Counted from the stretch's first letter, positions 24,109 to 33,041 are shown. The stretch: 39,074 nucleotides of DNA from Candidatus Omnitrophota bacterium (GCA_016939345.1 JAFGHG010000142.1:1-39074), one strand, 5' to 3'. Program-made: numbers and translations. The notes: generated by a model not told the origin, from the sequence alone.

Positions 24109-25683
24109 GTGACCAAGAAAATGCAAATTTATGATACAACCTTAAGAGACGGTTCCCAGACAGAAGGCATTTCTTATTCTCTTATGGATAAGATCAATAT
24201 TGCCAAGCAACTGGATTCTTTCGGTATTGATTTCATAGAAGGTGGATGGCCGTTTTCAAACCCCAAGGATACTGAGCTGTTCAATTACTTTAAGAAGAAT
24301 CCCTTAAAGCATTCTAAAATTACGCCTTTTGGCTCAACTGCTCATCCTTCTAACCCTGCCTCCAAAGATAAGAATCTCCTGGCTTTGATAAAGGCTGATA
24401 CCGAATATGTAACTATTTTCGGTAAAACCTGGGATCTTCATGTCAGAGAGGTCTTAAAGATAAAACTTGAGGATAACTTAAAGATTATTTCTGAGAGCAT
24501 TAAGTTTCTTGTTAAAAAAGGAAAAAGGGTCTTTTATGATGCCGAGCATTTTTTTGACGGCTATAAGGCTAACCCGGAGTATGCTCTTTTGAGCTTGAGG
24601 GCTGCGGTTGAGTCCGGTGCTGAATTGCCTGTGCTTTGTGACACCAATGGCGGAAGCCTGCCCTGGGAAATCAAAGCAATAACCGAGGCAGTTAAAAAAG
24701 AGCTTGGAATAAAAGATTTTGGCATCCATTGCCATAATGATTTGGGTATGGCAGTGGCAAATTCCGTTATTACTGTTGGTTCGGGTTGCTGTCATATTCA
24801 GGGTACTATTAATGGTTACGGCGAACGCTGCGGCAACGCTGATTTGGTTACTATTATTGCAGTATTGCAGGTCAAGATGAATGAAAAAGTGGTTACTCCG
24901 GCCAAGATCAGCGAATTGACCCACTTATCAAACTATGTCAGCGAGCTGAGCAATATGGCCAATAAGGATAATCATCCTTTTGTAGGCAGAAGCGCTTTTG
25001 CCCACAAAGGAGGTATACATATCGATGCAGTCACTAAGAACCGCCAGGCCTATGAGCACATAAACCCGGTTCTTGTCGGCAACACCACCCGCTTTGTAGT
25101 TTCCGAACTTGCCGGGAAAACAACCTTAGTGGTAAAAGCAAAAGAATTGGAATTTGATCTTGATAAAAAGTCCAAAAAAGCTAAAAAGATATATAAGTTG
25201 CTACAAAAGCTGGAAAGCCAGGGTTATCAGTTCGAAGCTGCCGAGGGCTCATTTAAACTCTTGCTTCAAAAGGAATTTAGAAGATATAAAAGATTCTTTG
25301 ACCTTTTGGGTTTTAGGGTCATAATCGAAAGGCGTGATGATAACCGCCTTATTTCAGAAGCAACTATCAAGATGAGGATTAACGGTAAACTGGAACATAC
25401 GGCCTCAGAAGGCGATGGACCGGTTAATGCTTTGGATGGCGCTTTGCGAAAAGCCCTTCTAAAATACTATCCTAAACTCTCAGAAATGCACCTTACTGAT
25501 TTTAAAGTCCGGGTGCTTGATGAGAAAGCCGGAACAGCTGCCAAAGTAAGAGTTCTTATCCAGTCCCAGGATAAAGATGAAAATTGGTCGACTATCGGCG
25601 TTTCCGAGAACATCATCGAAGCTTCCTGGGAAGCCTTGGTAGACTCTGTTGAGTATAAGCTGCTAAAAGATTTCTATAAGTAA
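24109..25683 (+). CDS. cimA: (R)-citramalate synthase (long CimA/LeuA-related type with LeuA_dimer C-terminal domain)
   Basis: The sequence MQIYDTTLRDGSQTEGISYS...IEGGWPFSNPKD is characteristic of the CimA branch rather than LeuA. I chose the GTG at 24109, 6 nt after the AAGGAG SD. The track TTG at 24103 abuts the SD, and the ATG at 24121 is also possible. Confidence 0.78.
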   Translation: MTKKMQIYDTTLRDGSQTEGISYSLMDKINIAKQLDSFGIDFIEGGWPFSNPKDTELFNYFKKNPLKHSKITPFGSTAHPSNPASKDKNLLALIKADTEYVTIFGKTWDLHVREVLKIKLEDNLKIISESIKFLVKKGKRVFYDAEHFFDGYKANPEYALLSLRAAVESGAELPVLCDTNGGSLPWEIKAITEAVKKELGIKDFGIHCHNDLGMAVANSVITVGSGCCHIQGTINGYGERCGNADLVTIIAVLQVKMNEKVVTPAKISELTHLSNYVSELSNMANKDNHPFVGRSAFAHKGGIHIDAVTKNRQAYEHINPVLVGNTTRFVVSELAGKTTLVVKAKELEFDLDKKSKKAKKIYKLLQKLESQGYQFEAAEGSFKLLLQKEFRRYKRFFDLLGFRVIIERRDDNRLISEATIKMRINGKLEHTASEGDGPVNALDGALRKALLKYYPKLSEMHLTDFKVRVLDEKAGTAAKVRVLIQSQDKDENWSTIGVSENIIEASWEALVDSVEYKLLKDFYK

Positions 25684-25745
25684 GCCGGCGATCCCCCCCT
25701 AACTCGTCCAAATAGTATAAAAATAACCTTATATTTATATTTTAT

Positions 25746-25773
25746 TTGTCTTTTTAGGGGGCAGTGATATAAT
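25746..25773 (+). promoter_or_regulatory. Candidate promoter for the ilv operon (TTGTCT-16 nt-TATAAT)
   Basis: The -35 is at 25746-25751 and the -10 at 25768-25773. It would give a leader of about 195 nt before ilvB. Confidence 0.4.
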
Positions 25774-25880
25774 TAGAAACGATTATTTTAGGCCTATGAC
25801 CTCTTAAATATTTAAAGCGAATGAGCTTTTTTAGCATAATTCTATCCAATTTAGGCAGTTTTAAGGCAGGCTTATTTGTG

Positions 25881-25899
25881 GTCCGCTCCCTGAGCGGAT
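25881..25899 (+). promoter_or_regulatory. Short GC-rich hairpin in the ilvB leader (TCCGCTC-cct-GAGCGGA)
   Basis: It is a 7-bp stem (25882-25888 with 25892-25898) followed by TTTACT. It could be an attenuator or terminator element, but the U-tract is weak. Confidence 0.3.
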
Positions 25900-25973
25900 T
25901 TACTATGCCAACTCTATTTTTAACTTTTTTGCAAAAAAATAAAACAAATTCAAGATAAAAAAAGGATAATGCA

Positions 25974-27656
25974 ATGAAGATGAAAGGCGCGAAAATATTG
26001 ATTGAAAGTTTATTAAAGGAGAAGGTTGAAGTTATCTTCGGCTACCCCGGAGGTTCGGTCATACCTTTTTTTGATTATCTTTATGATGCCCCGATAAAAT
26101 TTTATTTACCCAGGCATGAACAGGCTGCTGCTCACGCCGCAGACGGTTATGCCCGCTCTACCGGCAAAGTAGGAGTTTGTGTTGCTACTTCCGGTCCGGG
26201 CGCAACAAACCTGACTACAGGCTTGGCTACAGCTTATATGGATTCAATACCTATAATTGCTATTACCGGTCAGGTAAAGACTACTTTGATTGGAAATGAC
26301 GCTTTTCAGGAAGCAGATGTTACTGGAATAACCCGTTCTATCACCAAGTATAACTACTTGGTAAAGGATGTTAAAGATCTGGCTTATACTGTAAAGGAGG
26401 CTTTTCATATAGCTGCCTCGGGAAGGCCTGGCCCGGTTGTCATTGATTTGCCGGTTGATGTTCAACTGCAGGAAGCTGAGTTCAGCTATCCTGAGAGGAT
26501 TGAGGTCAGGACATACTCCCCGACTCTTTTCGGCCACCCCGGACAGATAAAAAAAGCCTGCAGGCTTATTTATAAAGCCAAGCGGCCGGTTATACTTTCT
26601 GGAGGAGGTATAATTTCTTCCGGAGCCCATGGGGAGATACTGCGTTTTGCCGAGAAAATAAATTCACCTGTAAGCATGACGCTTTTAGGCATGGGAGGGT
26701 TTCCTTCTACACACGATCTTTCTTTAGGGATGCCGGGCATGCACGGCACTGTTTATGCTAACATGGCGATTACTGAGTCAGATCTGATTATATCAGCTGG
26801 CTGTCGTTTCGACGACAGGATTACCGGAAAAATCGAGGCCTTTGCTCCAGAAGCAAAAATAATCCATATAGATATAGACCCCACATCGATCAGTAAAAAC
26901 ATCAAGGTCGATGTTCCTATTGTCGGAGATGCTAAAAATATCATTGGTCAGCTTATTGAGGAACTGCAAGAAGATAAGCTTAGCGATACCAGCAGCTGGC
27001 ACAAGAAGATAAAAGAGTGGAAAAAGAAGCATCCTCTGACTTATAAAAAAGACGAAACAGGAAAGATAAAGCCCCAGCATGTAATAGAGGAGCTTTACCG
27101 TCAGACTAAGGGAAAGGCGATCGTCAGCACAGAAGTAGGTCAAAACCAGATGTGGGCAGCCCAGTTTTATAAGTATAATTACCCGCGCCAATTTTTATCC
27201 AGCGGCGGCCTGGGGACTATGGGCTATGGTTTTCCCGCGGCAATAGGAGCTAAAGTGGCTAATCCCAAAAAAGAGGTCATAGTTATAGCCGGTGATGGTT
27301 CGTTTCAGATGAACATCCAGGAGCTGGCAACCCTGAGCACTTACAATATTGGCGTTAAGGTTATAATCCTTAACAATAATTATTTAGGCATGGTAAGGCA
27401 GTGGCAGGAGTTATTTTATCAACGCCGTTATTCAGGCACTCCGCTTAAGAATCCTGATTTTGTAAAAGTAGCATCAGGTTACGGCATCAAGGGTCTTAGA
27501 GTAAAAAACCCTGCTGATGTCAGAAAATCAGTTAAGGACATACTTTCTTACAAAGGGGCTGTAGTTGCTGAATTTACTATTGAACCTGAGGAGAATGTAT
27601 TTCCTATGGTTCCGGCAGGAGAAGCCATTAACAGGATGATCGGCGGAATGGCTTGA
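25974..27656 (+). CDS. ilvB: Acetolactate synthase (AHAS) large catalytic subunit
   Basis: It is a ThDP enzyme: [22 protein letters not shown] and the ThDP-binding motif [15 protein letters not shown]...GDGSFQMN. Confidence 0.92.
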   Translation: MKMKGAKILIESLLKEKVEVIFGYPGGSVIPFFDYLYDAPIKFYLPRHEQAAAHAADGYARSTGKVGVCVATSGPGATNLTTGLATAYMDSIPIIAITGQVKTTLIGNDAFQEADVTGITRSITKYNYLVKDVKDLAYTVKEAFHIAASGRPGPVVIDLPVDVQLQEAEFSYPERIEVRTYSPTLFGHPGQIKKACRLIYKAKRPVILSGGGIISSGAHGEILRFAEKINSPVSMTLLGMGGFPSTHDLSLGMPGMHGTVYANMAITESDLIISAGCRFDDRITGKIEAFAPEAKIIHIDIDPTSISKNIKVDVPIVGDAKNIIGQLIEELQEDKLSDTSSWHKKIKEWKKKHPLTYKKDETGKIKPQHVIEELYRQTKGKAIVSTEVGQNQMWAAQFYKYNYPRQFLSSGGLGTMGYGFPAAIGAKVANPKKEVIVIAGDGSFQMNIQELATLSTYNIGVKVIILNNNYLGMVRQWQELFYQRRYSGTPLKNPDFVKVASGYGIKGLRVKNPADVRKSVKDILSYKGAVVAEFTIEPEENVFPMVPAGEAINRMIGGMA

Positions 27657-27663
27657 TTTTGCT

Positions 27664-27885
27664 ATGGTCAACAAAAGAAAGCGAATACAGGATAGGCGCC
27701 AGAGAGTCAAAGACCGCCGGCAAAGGATGTATGATAGAAGACGGGAATCTGAATTCCGCCAATATGAAAAAGATGAAAGAAGAAGAAGAGAAGACAGAAG
27801 GCAGGGTAAAAGAGACAGGCGTTTCAATGTAGTTGACAGGCGTCAGATTGACAATGAGCTTTACGAAGAACATAGACAGGAGTAG
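27664..27885 (+). CDS. Hypothetical 73-aa arginine-rich protein with DRR(Q) heptad repeats
   Basis: The ORF fills the ilvB-ilvN gap exactly. It starts 7 nt after the ilvB stop and its stop lies 3 nt before the ilvN ATG. It has 24 Arg in 73 aa and six DRR units encoded with differing codons. It has no clear SD of its own. Confidence 0.55.
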   Translation: MVNKRKRIQDRRQRVKDRRQRMYDRRRESEFRQYEKDERRRREDRRQGKRDRRFNVVDRRQIDNELYEEHRQE

Positions 27886-27888
27886 ATA

Positions 27889-28362
27889 ATGAAACATACG
27901 ATCCAGGCTTTAGTTGAGAACAGGTTCGGTGTTCTAGCCAGGGTTTCCTCTTTATTCAGTGCCAGAGGCTATAACATCGATTCTTTAGCAGTTGGAGAGA
28001 CCCAGGATCCCCAGGTATCTTGCATGACCATTGTTGTTAATGCCGAAGATGAAAGGATACTGGAACAAATAAAAAAGCAGCTTCATAAACTGATCGATGT
28101 AATCACAGTAGTTGATTTTACCAGAAGAGAATACATCGACAGAGATCTTATTTTGGCTAAGGTCCAGAAGAAAAAAGGTAAAGAGGGTTTGGTCGAAAAA
28201 TTAATAAAAAAATATCCAATCAAGCTGGTAGAACAAAAAAAGGATTTTTATATTTTGGAAATCTGCTCTGACCGGCATCAGGAAGAGGAGATTCTTAAGG
28301 AGCTGAATTCCATAGGCATCAAGGAGCTTGTAAGAACTGGCAGAATCGCAATCGGGAAATAA
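27889..28362 (+). CDS. ilvN: Acetolactate synthase small regulatory subunit (ACT domain)
   Basis: It begins HTIQALVENRFGVLARVSSLFSARGYNIDSLAVGET. The SD AGGAG lies 6 nt upstream of the ATG. Confidence 0.9.
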   Translation: MKHTIQALVENRFGVLARVSSLFSARGYNIDSLAVGETQDPQVSCMTIVVNAEDERILEQIKKQLHKLIDVITVVDFTRREYIDRDLILAKVQKKKGKEGLVEKLIKKYPIKLVEQKKDFYILEICSDRHQEEEILKELNSIGIKELVRTGRIAIGK

Positions 28363-28386
28363 ACGAACATCAATAATATTGAATGG

Positions 28387-28472
28387 GCCCCGTAAAAAGC
28401 TAGCATGTAGCTCGCTTAACGGGGCTCAATTCGAATAATCCCTTGACATTGAGTTAATTCAAATGTCAGGGG
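28387..28472 (+). promoter_or_regulatory. Two stem-loops in the ilvN-ilvC spacer
   Basis: In hairpin 1, GCCCCGT (28387-28393) pairs with ACGGGGC (28419-28425), with an apical AGCTA/TAGCT stem (28398-28412). Hairpin 2 (28440-28472) has CCCTTGACATT paired with AATGTCAGGGG, about 11 bp including one G-U. Neither is followed by a U-tract. Confidence 0.5.
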
Positions 28473-28496
28473 AAAGTCTCATTGAGGAGGTAGAAG

Positions 28497-29486
28497 ATGG
28501 CAAAGGTTTATTATGATAAAGATATAAGCATGGATGTTTTAAAGAAAAAGACAGTTGCTATTATAGGTTACGGCGCCCAGGGAAGGGCGCAGGCGCTTAA
28601 CCTTAAAGATTCTAAGGTCAAAGTTCTTATATCTGAGCTGCCCGGCACAAATAATTATAAACAGGCCATAAAAGACGGCTTCCAGCCTTTGACAGCTGCC
28701 GAGGCATCAAAAAAGGCTGATATTATCCATATTCTCACTCCGGATACCATACAGGCACAGGTATATAAAAAGGATATTGCCCCTTTTTTAAAGAAGGGTA
28801 AAGCCCTTGGATTCTCTCACGGATTCAATATCCATTTTCATCAGATACTGCCGCCGCCTGACGTTGATGTTTATATGGTCGCTCCTAAAGGGCCGGGATC
28901 ACTGGTAAGAGATATGTATGAGCAGAAGAAGGGAGTGCCCTGCCTTTTTGCTGTTTATCAAAACCCTTCAAAGAACGCTAGAAAAATCGCCCTTGCTTAT
29001 GCCAGGGCGCTTGGCGGTTCCCGTGCAGGAGTTATTGAAACTACATTTTCTGAAGAGACTGAAACAGACCTTTTCGGAGAGCAGGTTGTTCTTTGCGGAG
29101 GCCTTACCAAGCTTATTCAGAAAGGTTTTGAGACCCTTGTTGAAGCAGGTTATCAGCCGGAAGTAGCTTATTTTGAATGCCTGCACGAGGTAAAACTTAT
29201 AACTGACCTTATTTATTCAAAGGGTATAGGCGGTATGCGTTATGTTGTATCTGATACAGCAGAATACGGAGATCTTACCCGCGGCCCGAGGATAGTCACC
29301 GGGGAGACCAAAAAGGAGATGAAAAAAATTCTTTCTGAAATCCAGTCGGGAGAATTTGCCCGGGAATGGATACTAGAGACCCAGGCTGGAGCTCCGGTTT
29401 TTAAGGCTAAACGGAAGATAGAAGAAGATCATATAATAGAAAAAGTAGGCGCGTCTTTACGCAAGATGATGTCTTGGATCAAATGA
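28497..29486 (+). CDS. ilvC: Ketol-acid reductoisomerase (class I)
   Basis: It has MAKVYYDKD...[20 protein letters not shown] and [10 protein letters not shown]. The SD is strong (GAGGAGG). Confidence 0.95.
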   Translation: MAKVYYDKDISMDVLKKKTVAIIGYGAQGRAQALNLKDSKVKVLISELPGTNNYKQAIKDGFQPLTAAEASKKADIIHILTPDTIQAQVYKKDIAPFLKKGKALGFSHGFNIHFHQILPPPDVDVYMVAPKGPGSLVRDMYEQKKGVPCLFAVYQNPSKNARKIALAYARALGGSRAGVIETTFSEETETDLFGEQVVLCGGLTKLIQKGFETLVEAGYQPEVAYFECLHEVKLITDLIYSKGIGGMRYVVSDTAEYGDLTRGPRIVTGETKKEMKKILSEIQSGEFAREWILETQAGAPVFKAKRKIEEDHIIEKVGASLRKMMSWIK

Positions 29487-29621
29487 GTCTTATTTTTTTC
29501 AAGCCGAAGGCGAAGAAAAAACATTTAGACGAAATTTAACCTTGACGCATGATGTGCCAAAGGCTGCGATTTAGGTTCACTTCTTTGCCTGAATCGCCTG
29601 CTCATTAAAGGAGGGTTTAAG

Positions 29622-31493
29622 ATGAAGAGACCTGTAATCATTGTTTTGATTGGTATTGTGGTGGCAGCCGGAATATTTTTTGCTGTGCAGACCTTTATCA
29701 AGCCGGGCAAGATCGGCGATATCGAATCTTTAGTGCCTTCCGAAGCAATTTATTACATTTATTCTTATCAGCTTGGCCAAAAAATAGAGGATTTTTGTAA
29801 CTCCGATTTTTTCTTAAAGATTAGCAACCTTTCTTTTTACCAGGAGTATTTACAGCCTTCCATTGACAAGAAAGAAAAGCTTTATAAAAATCTTTCTCAA
29901 GTTTACAACAGCGATTCAGCTCTGGCAGTATTTTCTCCGGGAATTGTCGCGCCTTCAGGCGGAATAGAGCCTATGATCGAGCCTGGAAAATTTATGTTAT
30001 TAGTGCGTATGGATACAAAGAAAAATATAAAAAAGACAATCGGAGATCTTTATCTTTTACTAAATGAGAAGGAAGATGTCTCTTATTCTACTTATAAAGG
30101 CATAAAGATAACCCATTATCAAATTCCTTTAGACAAAAGCAAGTTTCCCTTTCCTGATCTAAAAATAAGCTATGCTGTTTTAGGAGATATTTTAGTCAGC
30201 TCTAATACTGATGAGCTGTTAAAGCAATCAATAGACCTGTTTAATAAAAGCAGTACTGATTCTTTGCTCAATGATGAGGTATATAAAAAAATATCAGGCA
30301 AATATGCCGACAAAAAGAAAGATTCGTTTTTCTGGACTTTTATCAATTATAAGCGCTATACTGAAAAATTTCTCGCCCAGGTAGATGATATGTTTATTGA
30401 TCAGGCTCAGAATGAAAAGATGAGGGATTTTATTGAGAGTTTCATAGATGTTTCTGCCGGCATTATTTCCTATCTCGGATATGATAGCAGCAAATCTGGT
30501 TTTGTAGGCGAAAGCTATCAGCTTTATGATAAAAGTAAAGACGATCATGGCCTTTTAGAGATATCTTCTTCCAAAGGAAGCAAGAATGACCTGACCGCAG
30601 TGATTCCTCCTCAGTTTTTTGTTTATTTTGGCTGTTCGGGCAATATCTCCGGCTACTGGAACTATTTCAGCAAATTGATGATGTCTTCAGAGGAAATTAA
30701 ACAAAGCGCTATGGGAGATAGCATGTATGCAGCAGATAAACAGCCGTCTTTTTCTAAAACCATAAAAAGTTTGGAAACCTATTTAGGTTTAAGCATTGAG
30801 AAGGATGTTATGCCTTTGCTTGGTAATGATTTCAGCTTTGTAATCTCCGATTTAGAAGAAGTTTCTCTTGCTCCTAAAAGCGGGCAGATAAATCCCATGC
30901 AGCTTTTTCCCACGCCCATGCCTACGCTTAGCCTTTTGTTCGAAACAAAAGACCAGTCTTCGGCCGAGAAACTCAAGAGTTTGATAATTGAAAAGGTTAC
31001 CCAATTAAGTCCATCTCAGCCGGAGTCAGAACCATTTTTAAGCATAGCTGAAGATAGTTATGCTGGAGTTAATTTAAGTGTTATTTCGATAAAAGAGTTG
31101 CCGTTTCATCCGGTCTGTTTTGTTCTTAATGATAAGTGTATAATCTCTTCTACCACGGACCATGCTAAAAAAATAATCGATACTTCAAAACAAAGCTCTA
31201 ACAGCCTGGAAAACAACCTTGATTTTTCTTTTGATCCAAATAAGATTTTAAAAGGAAGTGCTGCCACTTTGATAGTTAAGTTTGCTGATTTAATAGATGC
31301 TATTGCTCAGACAAAAATCGTAAATTTTGCCAAGCCGAGCGTTGCTTTATTTAGCCAGGGTAAAGTTACTACCAATGATATCGATGACATAATCGATATT
31401 CTGGATGATATAAGTATTATTGCCCAGGCCAATGACATTACAGCAGATGGCACAGGCAGCGGGCTGTTTTATATTGGTATAGAGGGCTTATAG
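29622..31493 (+). CDS. Membrane-anchored hypothetical protein (DUF3352-like, tentative)
   Basis: It has an N-terminal TM (VIIVLIGIVVAAGIFFAV) and a large soluble domain. The SD AAAGGAGG is present. The family call comes from general architecture only. Confidence 0.55.
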   Translation: MKRPVIIVLIGIVVAAGIFFAVQTFIKPGKIGDIESLVPSEAIYYIYSYQLGQKIEDFCNSDFFLKISNLSFYQEYLQPSIDKKEKLYKNLSQVYNSDSALAVFSPGIVAPSGGIEPMIEPGKFMLLVRMDTKKNIKKTIGDLYLLLNEKEDVSYSTYKGIKITHYQIPLDKSKFPFPDLKISYAVLGDILVSSNTDELLKQSIDLFNKSSTDSLLNDEVYKKISGKYADKKKDSFFWTFINYKRYTEKFLAQVDDMFIDQAQNEKMRDFIESFIDVSAGIISYLGYDSSKSGFVGESYQLYDKSKDDHGLLEISSSKGSKNDLTAVIPPQFFVYFGCSGNISGYWNYFSKLMMSSEEIKQSAMGDSMYAADKQPSFSKTIKSLETYLGLSIEKDVMPLLGNDFSFVISDLEEVSLAPKSGQINPMQLFPTPMPTLSLLFETKDQSSAEKLKSLIIEKVTQLSPSQPESEPFLSIAEDSYAGVNLSVISIKELPFHPVCFVLNDKCIISSTTDHAKKIIDTSKQSSNSLENNLDFSFDPNKILKGSAATLIVKFADLIDAIAQTKIVNFAKPSVALFSQGKVTTNDIDDIIDILDDISIIAQANDITADGTGSGLFYIGIEGL

Positions 31494-31501
31494 GTGTTTA
31501 G

Positions 31502-33001
31502 ATGAGAAAAATATTTATTTTTGATACGACACTTCGCGATGGCGAACAGGCTCCTGGTGCAGCTCTCAGCTCAGGACAGAAGCTTGAAATTGCTTTTGCC
31601 CTTGAGAACCTGGGAGTGGACATAATTGAAGCCGGCTTTCCTATTGCCAGTCCTGATGATTTTAAGGCTGTGGATTTGGTCGCCGCGAGCATAAAGAAAA
31701 GCGGAGTCTGCGGTTTGGCTCGATGCATAAAGAAAGACATCGAAGCCGCAAGAGATTCATTGAAAAAAGCCAAAAAACCCCGTATACATATTTTTCTTGC
31801 TACTTCCAAGATACACCTTAAGTATAAGTTTAAAAAGGCTGAAAGCGAGATAATCGAGCTGGCAAGAAAGTCTGCTAGGCTAGCCAGGAAATACTGCGAT
31901 GATGTAGAGTTTTCTCCTGAAGATGCCACCAGGTCAGACAGAGATTTTCTTTACAAGGTAATTGAGACCGCTGTAAATGAGGGAGCAAAGACTATAAACA
32001 TTCCCGATACTGTGGGGTACAGCTATCCCCAGGAGATTTTTTCCCTGATCAGCGACATAGGTAATAATGTACCAAATATAGCCAAGGCTGTTATTGCTAT
32101 ACATTGTCATAATGATCTTGGTTTGGCAACAGCCAATTCTCTTTCAGGAGTTTTGGCCGGGGTAAGGCAAGTCCACTGCACTATAAACGGTATCGGAGAA
32201 AGGGCAGGAAACGCTTCTTTGGAAGAGCTGGTCATGGCTTTGAAGGTAAGAAAAGATGTGTTTAAGGATTTTTATACTCAAATAAACACAAAAGAAATTT
32301 ACCGGGCATCTCATCTTGTAAGCAAATTGACCGGTTTTGTCGTGCCGCCGAACAAAGCTATTGTCGGAGCGAATGCCTTTGCTCATGAATCGGGGATTCA
32401 TCAGGATGCCATACTAAAAAAACGCATAACCTACGAAATAATGAACCCCCGCGATGTAGGCATTGCCCGGACCCAGCTGATCCTCGGAAAGCATTCAGGC
32501 AGGCATGCCCTTGCTAAAAGGCTTAAGGAGCTGGGATTTCGGCTTAACGAGCAGGGGATAAACGATATTTTTAAAAGGTTTAAAGAGCTTGCTGATAAAA
32601 AGAAAGATATTTTTGACGATGATTTGATAGCTTTGGCGGAAGAAGAGACCCGCACAAGAAAGAAAACCTTTGAACTTGTTTCCATAAGGGCAGTTACCGG
32701 AACAGACATAGTCCCTGAAGCAACGGTACAAATAAAGCATAAACGAAAAATCTCTCAAGCCAGTTCCAGCGGTGATGGCCCGGTAGACGCCTGTTATAAG
32801 GCTATAGATAAGATAACCAATTTAAGGCCTAAACTGCTTAATTACAAACTGGATGCCGTAACAAAGGGAAAGGATGCCCAGGGTATGGTGCAAGTGCAGA
32901 TTAAGCTCAAGGGCGTTTCTATGGCCGGTAGAGGCGCAAGCACCGACATACTTGAAGCTTCAGCAAAAGCTTATTTGGATGCCATAAACAAAATACTTTA
33001 G
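31502..33001 (+). CDS. leuA: 2-isopropylmalate synthase
   Basis: It has IFIFDTTLRDGEQAPGAAL, HCHNDLGLATANSL and a C-terminal LeuA_dimer domain. Confidence 0.9.
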   Translation: MRKIFIFDTTLRDGEQAPGAALSSGQKLEIAFALENLGVDIIEAGFPIASPDDFKAVDLVAASIKKSGVCGLARCIKKDIEAARDSLKKAKKPRIHIFLATSKIHLKYKFKKAESEIIELARKSARLARKYCDDVEFSPEDATRSDRDFLYKVIETAVNEGAKTINIPDTVGYSYPQEIFSLISDIGNNVPNIAKAVIAIHCHNDLGLATANSLSGVLAGVRQVHCTINGIGERAGNASLEELVMALKVRKDVFKDFYTQINTKEIYRASHLVSKLTGFVVPPNKAIVGANAFAHESGIHQDAILKKRITYEIMNPRDVGIARTQLILGKHSGRHALAKRLKELGFRLNEQGINDIFKRFKELADKKKDIFDDDLIALAEEETRTRKKTFELVSIRAVTGTDIVPEATVQIKHKRKISQASSSGDGPVDACYKAIDKITNLRPKLLNYKLDAVTKGKDAQGMVQVQIKLKGVSMAGRGASTDILEASAKAYLDAINKIL

Positions 33002-33041
33002 ATGCTGTTCTGCATTAATTAGAGTATTTTTACATAGCTGG

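Noticed and set aside
25684-25973. A T-box or known riboswitch upstream of ilvB, and a lysine riboswitch upstream of lysC.
   Set aside because: I could find no T-box consensus (such as the conserved GGTGGTACCGCG-type box) or specifier-loop architecture by eye. lysC has no leader at all, because it overlaps cstA. The region is kept only as a low-confidence leader or attenuator candidate.
27528-27897. Two minus-strand ORFs (99 aa and 89 aa) cover the ilvB-ilvN gap and could be an alternative to the plus-strand Arg-rich ORF.
   Set aside because: Both overlap the 3' end of ilvB, and the 89-aa ORF (27628-27897) also overlaps the first codons of ilvN. Their Ser/Leu/Phe-rich sequences are what antisense of a purine-rich coding strand produces. 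Only the plus-strand ORF fits the gap exactly and shows a periodic peptide repeat with synonymous codon variation.
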